Source: Eledone cirrhosa (lineage: Eukaryota). Taken from it: a stretch of DNA of 64,000 bases. Shown here one piece after another: positions 1 through 12,835 of this stretch (its first letter is position 1; every line of letters starts with the position of its first letter). The notes under the pieces were generated by a model. It made no database searches and had not been told where the DNA came from. It saw only the letters and a program-made list of their open reading frames with translations. Position numbers and translations under genes: made by a program. The stretch is from NCBI GenBank assembly GCA_964016885.1, contig OZ024740.1, positions 395,932,001 through 395,996,000 on the forward strand, given 5' to 3'.

Positions 1-2309
1 GAATTTGACAGCCAGAATGTGGGATGAGAGGAAGAACATGTAATGAAGAGAAGAGAGAATTTACCACTTTCATTGAAGACAATTTTGCACCCCCTCTCAG
101 TCACCAATACTATTATCAACACCACCACTATTCCCACAGGTATAATTAAGAAAAGGTACTATTTGAAGCAACATCATCATCATGATGAGTGCCAAGAGCA
201 AAAGACAACCAGCTCAACTACAATTCTGTCAATTTTTGCAGCACCAAGCATGACTGCCAACACTGCTTCCACTACAGTAGTTAGTAACAATAAGACAGAC
301 TACAACACTTAAGAATGGTTCTTTAAATTGTGTAGAAAGACCCACAGAACAGTGAGAGCTACAAAAAGAATGACAGAAACCAAATCATATCTAAATAGAG
401 TTTTGTTAGATCAGTGGACAGAGATAGTGTAGGATATCCACAGTTTCAATTAGTCCATTATTATTTCATATTCTGAAGAAAAAATAGCTAAAACTTCTAT
501 ATTTAAAATTTGATTTATTCATTAGTGAGTTGTAGGTGCCAGTAAAATTAATAATTTTTACATAGTGTTAAAGTCTATGTGTTGTTCCTTCCTTCAATGT
601 TGAGGGAAGGAACAACACATTCAATCGATTTCACTACTTAACTATTTATTTTGTTGCCTCTAGAAGGATGAAAGGCAAAACTGACTTCAGCAGGATTTGA
701 ACTTAGACCATAAAGAGCTGGAAATACTTCAAAATGTCTAGCATTCTAAAAGTTCTGCTAATCCATTGTGGCTTATTACATTATATGAGGTATGCATAGT
801 TGATTGAATTTAAAAGCCTAGTAGATATTTTATGATCTTGGATGAATGAATGTCAAAATAAACTAGTGGGATTTGGGGTTTAAAATGGGAGGAAAAGAAG
901 GAGTGGGGCTTGACAAGGCATTTTGTCTGGTATTCTACAGTTTTGCCATTAATAAAAGAAATCCAATAATTGCATTGTTTATGAACTAAATTTAAGTCTT
1001 GATGAATATCTGCGTGTTGCATCTTAAAATCTATATTATTATTATTGCATTCAAATGTAATATTTCAGGTATTTAACCTCAACTAATTCTTTTTTATCAG
1101 TAAAAAAAAAAAAGCATGAATAATAGGATATTTTCCCATTACCATAATCATCTTTTGTTTCTTGAAATGAACACATGAAAAGATATGGCTCACTTTCAAA
1201 TTTCAGTAATAAACAGATTACTGACAAAAAAATAAAAGAACTTATCAAAATAATTATTGCAATCAAAAATATAATTATTATCATCAAAATAATTCATTAT
1301 TAATGCCACTAATTTATTTGCACTACACAACCACACCAAATTTTTCTAAATTTTAAATTCACAGCCAAGCAATATTTCATCACATCGGGAATCAGAATGA
1401 GGTATACAATACAGTGATTACTGAAACAAAAAAAAAGTTTATAAAGAAATGAGATGAATGGAGGAAGGAAAGAGCATCAGCAGTAGAAAATGAATTTGTT
1501 TGTAAAAACTAGAACATATTCAGAAGGAACACCTCAGTGTAGCAAAATAAGCACTATGATAAGTATTAGCAGTCATCATATTTTGATTTAACCAATTATT
1601 CACACCACTTATGTTAAACAATACTGCCACTGCACACACACTCACATACATACAAAACTTTCTACATACCATCTTACTTAAAATATTTGCTATCTGAAGA
1701 TTGCATAAACTAACTTCATTTAAATGAGCCTCTCCTATAATAAACCTTCCCAGTTACAAATTCAATGTTTTCTCTTTCATTTCTTTTAAAAATCATTTGC
1801 TTTATTCCATATAAAACACATATACACACACTTTAAAATATAAGTTTAAAGTGATTTTTTTTTTGCACTTCAGGCTGACCCTTAATATCTATCTTATTTT
1901 CAAATTTGAACTGACTGATAATAAGTCACAAATTCAAAACAAGTCATACACTGTATGACAAAAGCTTCTGAGCATTATATTAAACAAAGCCAGATACTGG
2001 CCAGCATCAAATTAGATTTTCTTTTTTTAAATTATAAATGAATGCCTGTACATGTGTATGCAGCGTGTTCATGCATAAGTTTTAAAGGAATCACTCAATA
2101 ATCACTACTCATAAGCTCTTTGTTAAAAAGTTCAATCCCATCATACTGCTCCATGGATACTTTCAGGCATATAGATTAATATGCCAAATAAGCAACAAAG
2201 AAGGCAATTCAGAATCAGATTTGTTGTACATGCTTGCACTCTCTACAAATGTGAATAACATCCATGTTCTAGAGCAAAGTATGGCTTGTTCCCCAGACAA
2301 CAATGTATA

Positions 2310-2453
<144 letters not shown>

Positions 2454-3199
2454 TTAAATAAAAAACAGTAATGCAACAGGAATCATCATTAACATTATCA
2501 TTATCTATGAATCATGTAATAACATAGTTTCAGTTGCTATAGTTTCAAAAACAATTTTAGAGGAATCCAATCCAATTTAAGGTCTTCTCACTCCTGTGGG
2601 AGGAACTCCTCCCTGGTTGACCCCAACTACTTTCTGTTTGGTTTTTAGTCATACCAGGGGTGTGACCATACTCACCACACTTGGCCAATTGCAGGTTGGT
2701 GAGGATATTTAACCCATGGTTAGAGGAATAGAGGGTGCCAAAATGGAGGTTGAATAATAGTGAATATCATATAGTGAATGCTTAGGACAAGAAAGAAAAG
2801 AGGTGGCTCCAATAGTCACTGCAGGCACTCTTAAAATGGTAAAATCAATGCAGTTAACAGTTTCTGCAGTGTAAGTTCCAGATCTGTTACAGTTTTCTGG
2901 AAGGTTTGACAAAATGTCTAGTTCAACCTATGGAATGAGAGTCAATAGAGATGCAGAAAGAAAGAGGAGTTCACTGAAATAGTTTGGATGGGATTGGTAG
3001 AGAAAGAATTAAGATATATTCAACTCTTCAATTGTTCTACATTTAAAATTGCTAATTCAAATCTTCATTTGCTAAGAAAGCCAACTAGTCTGAAAAAAAA
3101 TGATATAGTATAAAGAGAACCCTTAAGAAGAACTGTAAGAATAAAATCAACTGGCCTTGGCAAAATTGACAATAACGAGATGGGGGGGGGGGGGGGGTT

Positions 3200-5578
3200 A
3201 TAATGCACATGGCGGGATGGGGGAAGTAGAGTAGACTATCAAGTGGCCAGGAGGGAAGCTAGGAGAGAGGTGTACTTAGCAAGAAGGGAAGCTGAGGAAA
3301 GAAAGTTCAAGCATGTTCTACAACGCGATGACCAAAAACGTGAGGTGTTCAGGATTGCCAGGCAATGCGTCAAGGAAAACCGTGATATTGTCGGGGAGAA
3401 GTGTGTACTTAACGATGATGGCATACTTGCCATCACCGACACTGATAAGAAGGTAGCTTGGAAGTGTCACTATGAAAGGCTACTAAATGAGGAGAATAAA
3501 TGGGAGAAAGACAGTCTCCCCCATATCGACCCGATAGAGGGACCAGCAGTGTTAGTCGAGGGGAGTATAATAAGTAAGGCAATCAAGGATATGAAGACTG
3601 GTAAGGCGGCTGGGCCTTCGGAAATAATTGCTGAGATGCTGAAGGCATCTGGCACGGTGGGACACACCATGGTCACCCGCATAGTTAACCAAGTCGTACA
3701 GATGGGGTTGTTCCGAAGGACTGGCATAGCAGCATCATCGTTAACTGTTATAAGGGTAAAGGAGACGCCCTAGATAGGAGTAACTATAGAGGCATTAAAT
3801 TAATCGACCAGGTCATGAAGGTCACGGAAAAAGTAATAGCGCAACTAATCAGAGAGAGAATTGATCTAGATGAAATGCAGTTCGGGTTTGTGTCAGGCAA
3901 AAGCACCACAGACGCTCTTTTCATAGTACGACAACTACAGGAGAAGTACCTAGCTAAAGGTAAACCCCTCTACTTAGCTTTTGTCGACCTGGAGAAAGCC
4001 TTCGACAGAGTCCCCCGCTCCATTATCTGGTGGGCTCTTAGAAAACTAGGCGTTGACGAATGGCTTGTGAGGGCTATACAAGCCATGTATAAAGAAACAG
4101 TCAGCAAGGTTAGAATTAACAACGAATATAGTGAAGAGTTTAGCGTAAAAGTTGGCGTCCATCAGGGCTCTGTTCTCAGCCCCCTACTATTTATTATTGC
4201 CCTTCAGGCTATAACAGAGGAGTTCAAGACAGGCTGCCCATGGGAACTCCTATACGCAGACGACCTGACACTCATAGCGGAATCAATGGCCGAGCTAGAG
4301 AAGAAATTCCAAACATGGAAGCACGGCCTAGAGTCAAAAGGACTTAAAATTAACCTGGCTAAGACCAAAGTTCTAGTTTGTAGGAAAGAAAACAAGGCGG
4401 CGGTCCCTTCTGGGAAATGGTCGTGCTCGGTATGTAGGAAAGGCGTAGGTAGAAACTCCATCTTATGTCCTAAATGCAAAGTATGGGTGCATAAAAGATG
4501 TAGTGGGATCACAGGTAAGCTAACTAAGAACATAGACTTTACATGTGGCCGGTGTTCTGGTGCAATAAGTAGCAGCAAGTGCCCACAAAATACTAGCTCT
4601 TTCAATTGCGCAGAGGGTTCTATAGAAATAGTGGACAGCTTCCGTTACCTGGGCGATAAAATCAGCAGTGGGGGAGGGTGCTCTGAAAGTACTGTAGCTA
4701 GAGTCAGAACTGGTTGGAAAAAGTTCAGAGAGCTTATACCACTATTAGCTGCTAAAGGGTTCTCCCTAAAAATGAAAGGCAGGTTGTACGATGCCTGCAT
4801 ACGAACAGCAATGTTGCATGGTAGTGAGACCTGGGCATTGTGTGCAGAGGATATACGCAGACTAGAGAGGAACGAAGCTTGCATGCTCCGCTGGATGTGT
4901 AACAGTAATATACGTGAACGGCAAAGCATAAACGAACTAAGGAAAAAATTAGAGATAAGAGGGATCAGATGTTGTTTACTCGAGAGAAGGCTGCGTTGGT
5001 ATGGACACGTGATGCGCATGAAAGTCGATAGCTGTATTACAAAGTGCAGGGCAATAAAGATAGACGGTAGCCACGGAATAGGCAGACCTAGAAAAACATG
5101 GGATGAGCTGATAAACTCCGACCTCACACACTTACACCTCTCCAAGACAATGTCACTGGACCGTGACCTTTGGCGGTACTCAGTAACAGAGAAGACCCGC
5201 CTTGCCAGTAGGCATCTCTAACAAACTACACCCCGTCCCGCCACCACCCCCACCCCATCCACACCACCCCGTTCTATGTAAAGTTATGTTGGTGCCGCGC
5301 CATCCAGGCCGAAACAAATGAGATCGTGTAGGTGTCACGACAAAAAAACACACAGTCCACGCTGTAATGTGGCCGTGTAGGCAACACGGTAAAAACCTCC
5401 CAGACCCACACTGTAAATGTGGTTGGTGTTAGGAAGGGCATCCAACTGTAGAAAACCTGCCAGACAGTCCTATGCGAGCAAGACAATCACTCTTGCCTCA
5501 AGTGGGACTACCCCCGTCCAAACCCATGCAAGCGTGGAACACGGACGTTAAACGTTGATGATGATGATGATGATGATG
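3200..5578 (+). mobile_element. RTE-clade LINE, 5'-truncated, one frameshift near 3720-3780, with PHD-like insert; lies in GABARAPL2 intron 3, antisense
   Basis: ORFs 3243-3773 and 3815-5221 carry RT motifs QFGF, FVDLEKAFD, GVHQGSVLSPLLF, LLYADD, FRYLG and RRLRWYGHV...GRPRKTW. The 3' UTR ends in (GAT)n. Confidence 0.95.
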
Positions 5579-5665
5579 ACATCTACACCAAATTTAATCT
5601 CTGAACTTAAAAGCAAGTATTCTAATCAATCTGGCCACCTCACTTCTTCATAAAGAAATAATTAA

Positions 5666-5800
5666 CCCTTTAGCATTTACATTACTCTATATTTACTATT
5701 GTATTTTAATGCATAAGTATGAGCAGCCGGTTACGGACAGTTTGAACAGAAAGAGGTGAAAGAATTCTGGCTGGATATGGCCGGTTTAAATGTTAAATGG
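5666..5800 (+). mobile_element. piggyBac-type MITE, internally deleted copy (further copies near 15497-15700 on - and 23095-23290 on +)
   Basis: TTAA|CCCTTTAGCATTTA left end, degenerate right TIR, and shared interior sequence. Confidence 0.8.
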
Positions 5801-5857
5801 TTAAGAGAGAAGAAAAAAATGGAAGAGGGGAAAAACCTGAACTCAAAAATATCTCAC

Positions 5858-6030
5858 CTTGACTGAGGAAGCATTCTGCCCACAAATAGGAAAATTGCCT
5901 TTTCAGAGGGCATCTGAATTTTTTTGCGGAGCATCCACATGAACTGAGCTACAGTGAGGTCACTAGGTACCAAAAACTTCTTTTTCTCCAGAGTTTGGAT
6001 ATGTGATCGGGGTAATTTTTCAACAATAAT
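5858..6030 (-). CDS. GABARAPL2: GABARAPL2-like coding exon 3
   Basis: tag|ATTATTGTT...CAGTCAAG|gtgag; 173 nt; encodes IIVEKLPRSHIQTLEKKKFLVPSDLTVAQFMWMLRKKIQMPSEKAIFLFVGRMLPQS(S). The LVPSDxTVAQFMW and PSEKAIFLFV segments are typical of GABARAPL2. Confidence 0.97.
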
Positions 6031-7457
6031 CTAGTAAAATAAGAACATTTTTTTAAGAAAGAGAAAAAAAATTTTTTTTTTTTTAAATCGCGTCTCTTAT
6101 AGCCTGTACAAGACTGGCGAAGGAAAGAAAATAGAAAACGTGTATCAGGATATAAAGTTTTCTTAAGACAGAAAATTTTCCAACAGAGTGGATTCAGCTA
6201 AAGGTACACAGATCTGGTGGTAGTGTTAAACCAGATAACATTAAGATTAACATCCAAGCTACTTGCAAGAAAGATTTTGTTTTCATTTAATTTCTTATTT
6301 CTTTTTTCTAAATCTGCCATCATAATCAGGTATGGCAGTTCAGTTAAACTTATCACAGTTTTCAAACTGTGAAGGTGTGTGGCCGAGTGTTCAAGAATTG
6401 GATTCACAATCATGAGTGATTCCCAGAGCAGGTGATGCGTTATGTCCTTGAGCAAGACACTATTTCACATTGCTCCTTCTGCCTGGATTTGCAACCGGTA
6501 GATAGCATTAACAATTGGAAAGACCAATGGAAACATTGTTTCCTTGGTCTGATTTGACACACTCCACCCAACTAAGTAAGCAAATGAGGTCTGGGATCCT
6601 GTCGATTGACTGCTTTTTTTAAGCAGTTGAGAAACATTCCTAGCCCATAGTAGATCACCAGTATATTACCAATCTTGTCCAATGGAAAAACAGAAAAATA
6701 TTTAAATCAAATATAGGTTAGAAAGTTGATGAAACAGTTGATAGCCATACTCTTGTTGTTTGTAGTAGGAAACTATAATTCTACATTAACCTATTCAATA
6801 TAAGCAAGGTAAAATTTGATCTCCATTGATTTCAATGATGATTATTCAGTTATTTGATCAACTAACTTACCGGTTCATTGAATTAGCATTAAGTGGCTGA
6901 GTATTCTACAGACATTAATACTTTGAATGCAATCCTCAGATAGAGAAAGCATAACAATATGTGACAAGGCTGAACCTTTAAATTACAGATACAATCCATC
7001 AAATGGGCTTCTACACAGTTTCTGCCTACTTAATTTCACTTTCAAGGCTTGAGTAGACATGAGTCTATGGTAAATGACACTTGCCCAAGACGCCAAGCAG
7101 TGGGATCAGGTACAATTTTTCATCATGCCTCGATTTAAGCACCTAACTAGGGTGAATGTCACCAATGATAAATGTAGAGGAATGGCAACTGCCTAGCTCT
7201 GAGTGTACTTTGCCACCTCAAACATTTACAGGTGTACAATTAAGCTTCTACATAGCTGCACAACTGGAAATAAAACCTTAATTTCCCTTCACACCTAAAA
7301 AATGGGGGAGGGAAGAGATATATTGAGTAATGTAGTCACTGATGTACAAAAAGATGGGTTGATCACATCACAACAAATATAGCTGTGAGTCAATACCTTT
7401 GATGTTAATATAGACTTTCTAAAACTATAAGAAAAAAAACAAGAAAAATCATCTTAC

Positions 7458-7513
7458 TGGTAATCGTTCTGGATATTTCCTTTTAATTCTTGAAGATTCT
7501 GCTTGACGCTCCG
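7458..7513 (-). CDS. GABARAPL2: GABARAPL2-like coding exon 2
   Basis: tttacag|CGGAGCGT...CGATTACCA|gtaag; 56 nt; encodes (A)ERQAESSRIKRKYPERLP, the ATG8 KYPxRxP motif. Confidence 0.95.
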
Positions 7514-9263
7514 CTGTAAAAAGAAAGAAAAGTTCTTTTCAATTTCATAACATCTCTTTGTGTTTTACACACAGTATGTGTGCATGGGAATATATGAACA
7601 GCATAAAAAGTGTTCTGGCAAACACAAACCAATTTATGTGCATGTAGTCTCCAATACTTTAACCATTTGGTTATTTCAATAGACACCACACAAAATTGTT
7701 AAATAGCATTTCACCTATCATCTAAAGAGACCATAAGATTAGCAGTTTACCTTCTTGGTTCATGATGAGCTGAAGGAATGAATCAATGAATCAGTGAAAA
7801 TGTTCTTATATCACATACTAGAGATTAGTTCAGCAAAAAAGACAAATTGCCCCCCCCCCCCCTCTCTCCCTGCACTTATGAGGTCATAGTAAACTGAAGA
7901 AATTTACTAAATTACACCATGAAGCTTACTTCCTGTACTTTTCTCTATATATTCATGTATGTATACACATATCAGGTATATTCATTTACTTTCCAAGTTA
8001 TCTACTTATATATATAACCAGCAATTTCTGTGTCTGTCTGACAGTGGAAACACGTGCGTGCGTAGAGAGAGAGTGAAAGAAAGAGACAGACTATGAGAGG
8101 GGGATAGCGGGAGGGAGAGAGAGAGTGAATAGCCGCTAAAACATGTGCTATAAAAACATTACCTTCCCCTCTCCACTGACTTTGGTCACTGAGCCGAGGG
8201 AATCGCTGGTTGCTATAGAGACACCTTGCACAAGCCAGAAGTAACCAGTTCGAGGCGGTTCTGACTCGACACAATGTGGTTTGAAGAAGGTTGCCATTGA
8301 ATTTGTGGTTGTTACTGCTGATAATAAGGACCATTTGAAGAAGGTTGCTGCTGATGAAGTAATTTATTAATCAGATTGCGCAGTTTGATTTGTTCAATTT
8401 TTTTTGTTGTTGTTTTTTTTTTTATTTCTTATTGAAAAAATATAAATAATAAAATAAGGTTAGAAATTTAAATACAATTAAATACGATTTAATTTCCATT
8501 CCCAGCAGCCAATGTCCAGTGTTCAATTTCATGAAAAAATTGGAAATAATTTAAAAAATTGAAGTTTAACTTTTGAACATTTGTTTTGACAATAAAAAAA
8601 TATTTCCTTATTCACACCTAATGGTATGATTAAAATTTCATAGGAATATTTTTTTCTAACCAGTTATTTAAATATTATTAAAAATAAATTTAAAAAAAAA
8701 AAAGAATGGAAGATTTTGTGGATTTTTTTTACCACCTTCCAAGCCTTAAACACTAATTCTCGCGAATTTGTGTTTTGTAATGACCCTCAAGACGCTGCTA
8801 TTGTTGATTCCAATAGTGCCTGGTATTCGAATATGTTAGTATACAATTTTTTGAATAAAATTAAGGCGCAATTAGAGCTGCCAAACAAAATTTTTTTCGG
8901 CTTCGGCCCATATTATTTTTGGGAAAATTCTATTGGCTCTAATGAGTCTGCCTCTGTTGGCGTTATTTGCGACAGTCACCATTTCTTGACTTTCAAGTCT
9001 CCTTATAATATATAACCAGCAATTTCTCTGTCTGTCTGTCTGACAGTGGAAACACGTGCGCGCGTGGTTGCTATCTCTCTCTCTCTCTCCAGCTATCCCT
9101 CTCTTTTAGTCTGTCTGTTTCTCTCACTCTCACTAACACACTAACATTCCTCCCCTCTATCGCTGTGACGAATGGGGAGATGGAGGAGGAGAGAGTCACT
9201 TCGTCACTTCACCTCTGCCTTTCTTTCTCTCCCCTCTCACTCCATCATTACGTACAGACATTA

Positions 9264-9458
9264 GGGCGGTGGATTGGCAGAATCTGTAGAGAGTCAGACA
9301 CCATGCTTCATAGCATGGAGTTACGTCCCTTTACGGTCTGAGTTCAAATACCGCCGAGGTTAACTTTGCCTTTCATCCTCACGGGGTCGATAAAATAAAG
9401 TACCAGTAATGTACTGGGTATTTGCTGGCCTTGTGCCAAAAGTAGAAACAATTATTAG
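9264..9458 (+). mobile_element. tRNA-derived SINE family A (other copies near 640-770 -, 11319-11590 +, 13881-14055 +, 18950-19100 -, 21862-22048 +, 29480-29620 -)
   Basis: Recurrent tgagttcaaatcccRccgaggttaactttgcctttcatcct..cggggtcgataaaataaagtaccag...gctggccttgtgccaaaagtagaaac with an (ATT)n tail; B box present. Confidence 0.88.
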
Positions 9459-9571
9459 AAACATTGCTTCATTTTACATATCTAAGCATTAGTAAAATAA
9501 CTAATAATTTCAAAAGTAATTTTTCAATTCCAATTGTTATGAACAGCAAAACATTAATAATAATTTTGTTC

Positions 9572-9602
9572 TAAGAAATATATATACATTTCTGTGTGTG
9601 TA

Positions 9603-9649
<47 letters not shown>

Positions 9650-9732
9650 GAAATATATATACATTTCTGTGCGTGTAATATATATATATATATATATACT
9701 CACAGAAATATATATACATTTCTGTGTGTGTA

Positions 9733-9763
<31 letters not shown>

Positions 9764-9775
9764 GAAATATATGGG
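9572..9775. repeat. Compound (TA)n/(CA)n repeat with a recurring agaaatatatatacatttctgtg unit
   Basis: Three to four imperfect tandem units. Confidence 0.85.
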
Positions 9776-11899
9776 CATTTCTCTGTTTGTCTGTGTCTGT
9801 CCTTCCCTAAAACTCAAATGTAGGTGCTACAGAAATATTACCTTCCCCTTCCTTTCTCCACTTTGGTACTACCAAGAGAAACACTGTCGCTATAGAAACA
9901 TTACCTTCCCCGAGGGAATCGCTGGTTGCTATAGAGACACCTTGCACAAGCCAGAAGTAACCAGTTCGAGGCGGTTCTGACTTGACACCATGCCAAGGAC
10001 CATTTGAAGATATATTTCCATCGTTATATCATAACGTTTATATTTCCGTCACTAATCTCTTTTTCTCCTTTTTCGTTTTAACATATATTTATTTCAAAGA
10101 TTTCACTGTATAGATAACATATATATTTATACATGCATAAAAGACACACCGAGAGACGGTGAACATGTGGTGCCGAAAATATTTCTCATCCAAATCTCAA
10201 CAATATCAGTATATACACTAGATTTGCTAGCAGAAAACCGCCCACCGGGTGGTTTTCTGCTAGTCTATATATATAAAACTGAGGATGTCTGTCTGTGTGT
10301 GTGCGAGTTTGAATCCTTAAAACTAGAGAAGTATCCAATCGACCTTTTTCAAACTTGTTTCAGAGAGTGTTCTGAGCAAAAAAAAAATTCAAATTTTCAA
10401 TGCCCTAGGGACCGCATTAGTCGATTTAGCGATCTCTCTATAATTCTTAGTCTTTCTCTTTTTAGATAGATACATACATATAACGTCACACCCTTATATA
10501 TGTCTGTATGTCTGACTGCATTACGTCACTTCCCACAATTCCCTCTCCATCCAGAACACGCCCTTATAATATCTGTCTGTATGTCTGCTGCCTCCAGTTA
10601 TTCTGCCACCATTGCTCAAGACAAATCTCACACTCATTCCCAAACAGTTGGTAAGTGCACACAACTTCTTCCTCACGTTTTAAGCCGCAGTGTTGCTTAC
10701 TTACATACCACCAGACCCTTACTTCTTTGCCAGCAGTGGTTGTGGCAATACTAAGCTTAGCTAAGGCGGTTATATATTTCACACAAACCTAAAAATGAAA
10801 GCCGGTAACTATGTATTAGTCAGTCTCTTCTTCATACCGTGAGCAAAGAAAATCCAACTTTTAGTGGAGATTAGATGAAAAACTTCATTTTTTCAGCTTT
10901 TTAGGGCTTTTTTTTAGGCATTACGTGTAGCCGATTTTCCCGAAATTTCAAGGCATATTATGCACATAAAAAAAAATTCATTTTCTTGATCCCCTAGGGC
11001 CCGCATTAGGTGAAAACCTGCATTTTTCCTGCTTCATCGAGGTAAAATCTTAAAGGTTATCCAGCCATCAGAGTATTCGGTTTATCTTCTTTACATATTA
11101 TTGAGGCATGCAGTTTTTCCACGATTAGGTCTGTTGGCGGCCCACGTTCCAAAATACCTTATCCCGTCCAACACCGGGTACCACTGCTAGTTATTTGATA
11201 AAAAAATATATCTAGTTCTGTGTTTGAAGCTCAATTTTCATTACCTTATTTCTAATGAAAGACACTGCCTATGATTTTCAAATAATTTTCAAAAAAGTGA
11301 AGGGATTTAATACAAACTAGGTGGTGAATTGGCAGTGTCATTAGAACCTTGAATAGAATGCTTTGCAGTATTTGTTTCAGCTCTCCCTGTACTGAGTTCA
11401 AATCCCACTGAGGTCAACTTTACATTTCATTATTTCAGGATCGGCGGGATTTGAACTCAGACTTTACAGTCTGAGTTCAAATCCCACCGAGGTTAACTTT
11501 GCCTGTCATCCTTACGGGGTCGATAAAATAAAGTACCAGTAATGTACTGGGTAATTGCTGGCCTTGTGCCTAAAGTAGAAACAATTATTTCAAGATGGAT
11601 AAAAAAGTACCAATTCAGTATTTGAGCTGATTCTTCTATATCTCTTTCTCACTTTCTTCTTCTCTGGAAGAAATCAGCTGTGTTCAGGCCTGGAGAAATT
11701 TGCTTTGCCATGTTTAAAATTCCCAAGACACACCATATGTGCCTCTATGACTCCATCAGAAGTTACAGGTACATACATACAATAATATAACTAGTTACCT
11801 CATTATTACTTTCTTTATCAGGTCTTGAAAGAAGAGTCATCCATAAAGACTTAAATAGCAGTATCACCATAACCAATGCAAAGGTGCACTGAAGAGTGA

Positions 11900-12329
11900 C
11901 TTATAAAAAGTCTCAAGCTGATAAGTTATAAAAATAGTTAAGTTATTACAAAATGAATGCAAGAAAGATGCTACATTTGTGATTCAACTGCAAGAGAAAT
12001 TCTTAGCTAAGGACGAACCCTAGTTTGCATTGGTCGAGTTAAAATAGACTTTGACAAAGTCCATGCTATTGTCTGGTGAGAAAATAAACTAAGAGTAAAT
12101 AAATAGTGAGTGAGGACTGTCCAAGGCATGTATTCACAGAGGAATTTAATAGCGTGCAGATACATATTCACCATTGTTCTGTCCCCAGTTCTTTTGCATT
12201 CATTCTAAGTCTTCAGTTCAAAACAATCCTTCAGAACTTTTATGTGATGTACAAAATGTTCTAAACCTGGAAGAATGGTGTAAAGACAAAAAGTCTAAAA
12301 GGTCAATACAGGTGAAAAATCAAAAATTT

Positions 12330-12360
<31 letters not shown>

Positions 12361-12450
12361 CACTGGAAGATAGATTTGCTGAATATGTCAGAAAGAAGTA
12401 AATAGATACAGTGTACTCAGTACAAGCAATAGGTCATATGATGAAAATCC
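11900..12450 (+). mobile_element. Highly decayed RTE RT fragment
   Basis: Remnants of QLQEKFLAK..P and VLSP, similar to 3930-4500. Confidence 0.5.
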
Positions 12451-12835
12451 TCATCATTCTTAGCCATTATCTGCCCACTACAAGGAGAAGGCTTTCCCAA
12501 ACCAATGCCAATTATTCCTATTCACTAGCACTCTTATCCATAAACCTATCAACCTCCTCTCTCTCTATCTTATCCACTGTGTCTTCGACTACACAAACCT
12601 GCCCCTCTGATCTTCATTCTGTATATAGTTTTGTCCATCTGTTGTGCAACATACCCTTCTAACTTCCTCTTTTTAACACCTTTTATGTCCTATACTTTTG
12701 TTTGCTCTCTTATTCATTGACATGTTTTTCTGTCCTTTTTAGTGATACCTAACGAGGTGGGGCTAAAAATAAATATAAAGTAAACAAGTTGTGCTCAACA
12801 GCCCTGCAACAATCAGTCATCAAAGCCAACTATAA

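Larger units (their letters stand above)
8001..11190 (+). mobile_element. Composite/tandem non-autonomous Helitrons
   Basis: A|TC start at 8001, with further TC..(TA)n..(TGTC)n 5' ends at 8998 and 10264. Hairpin+CTAG ends occur at 10263 and 11190 (cccg...cgggta..ctgCTAG|T). Segment 8150-8345 is duplicated at 9830-10010. Confidence 0.72.

Noticed and set aside
43-312. 89-aa Thr/His-rich ORF
   Set aside because: Low-complexity trinucleotide-like sequence with no recognisable domain or splice support.
3470-5145. Minus-strand ORFs of 85-166 aa
   Set aside because: Antisense shadows of the RTE ORF.
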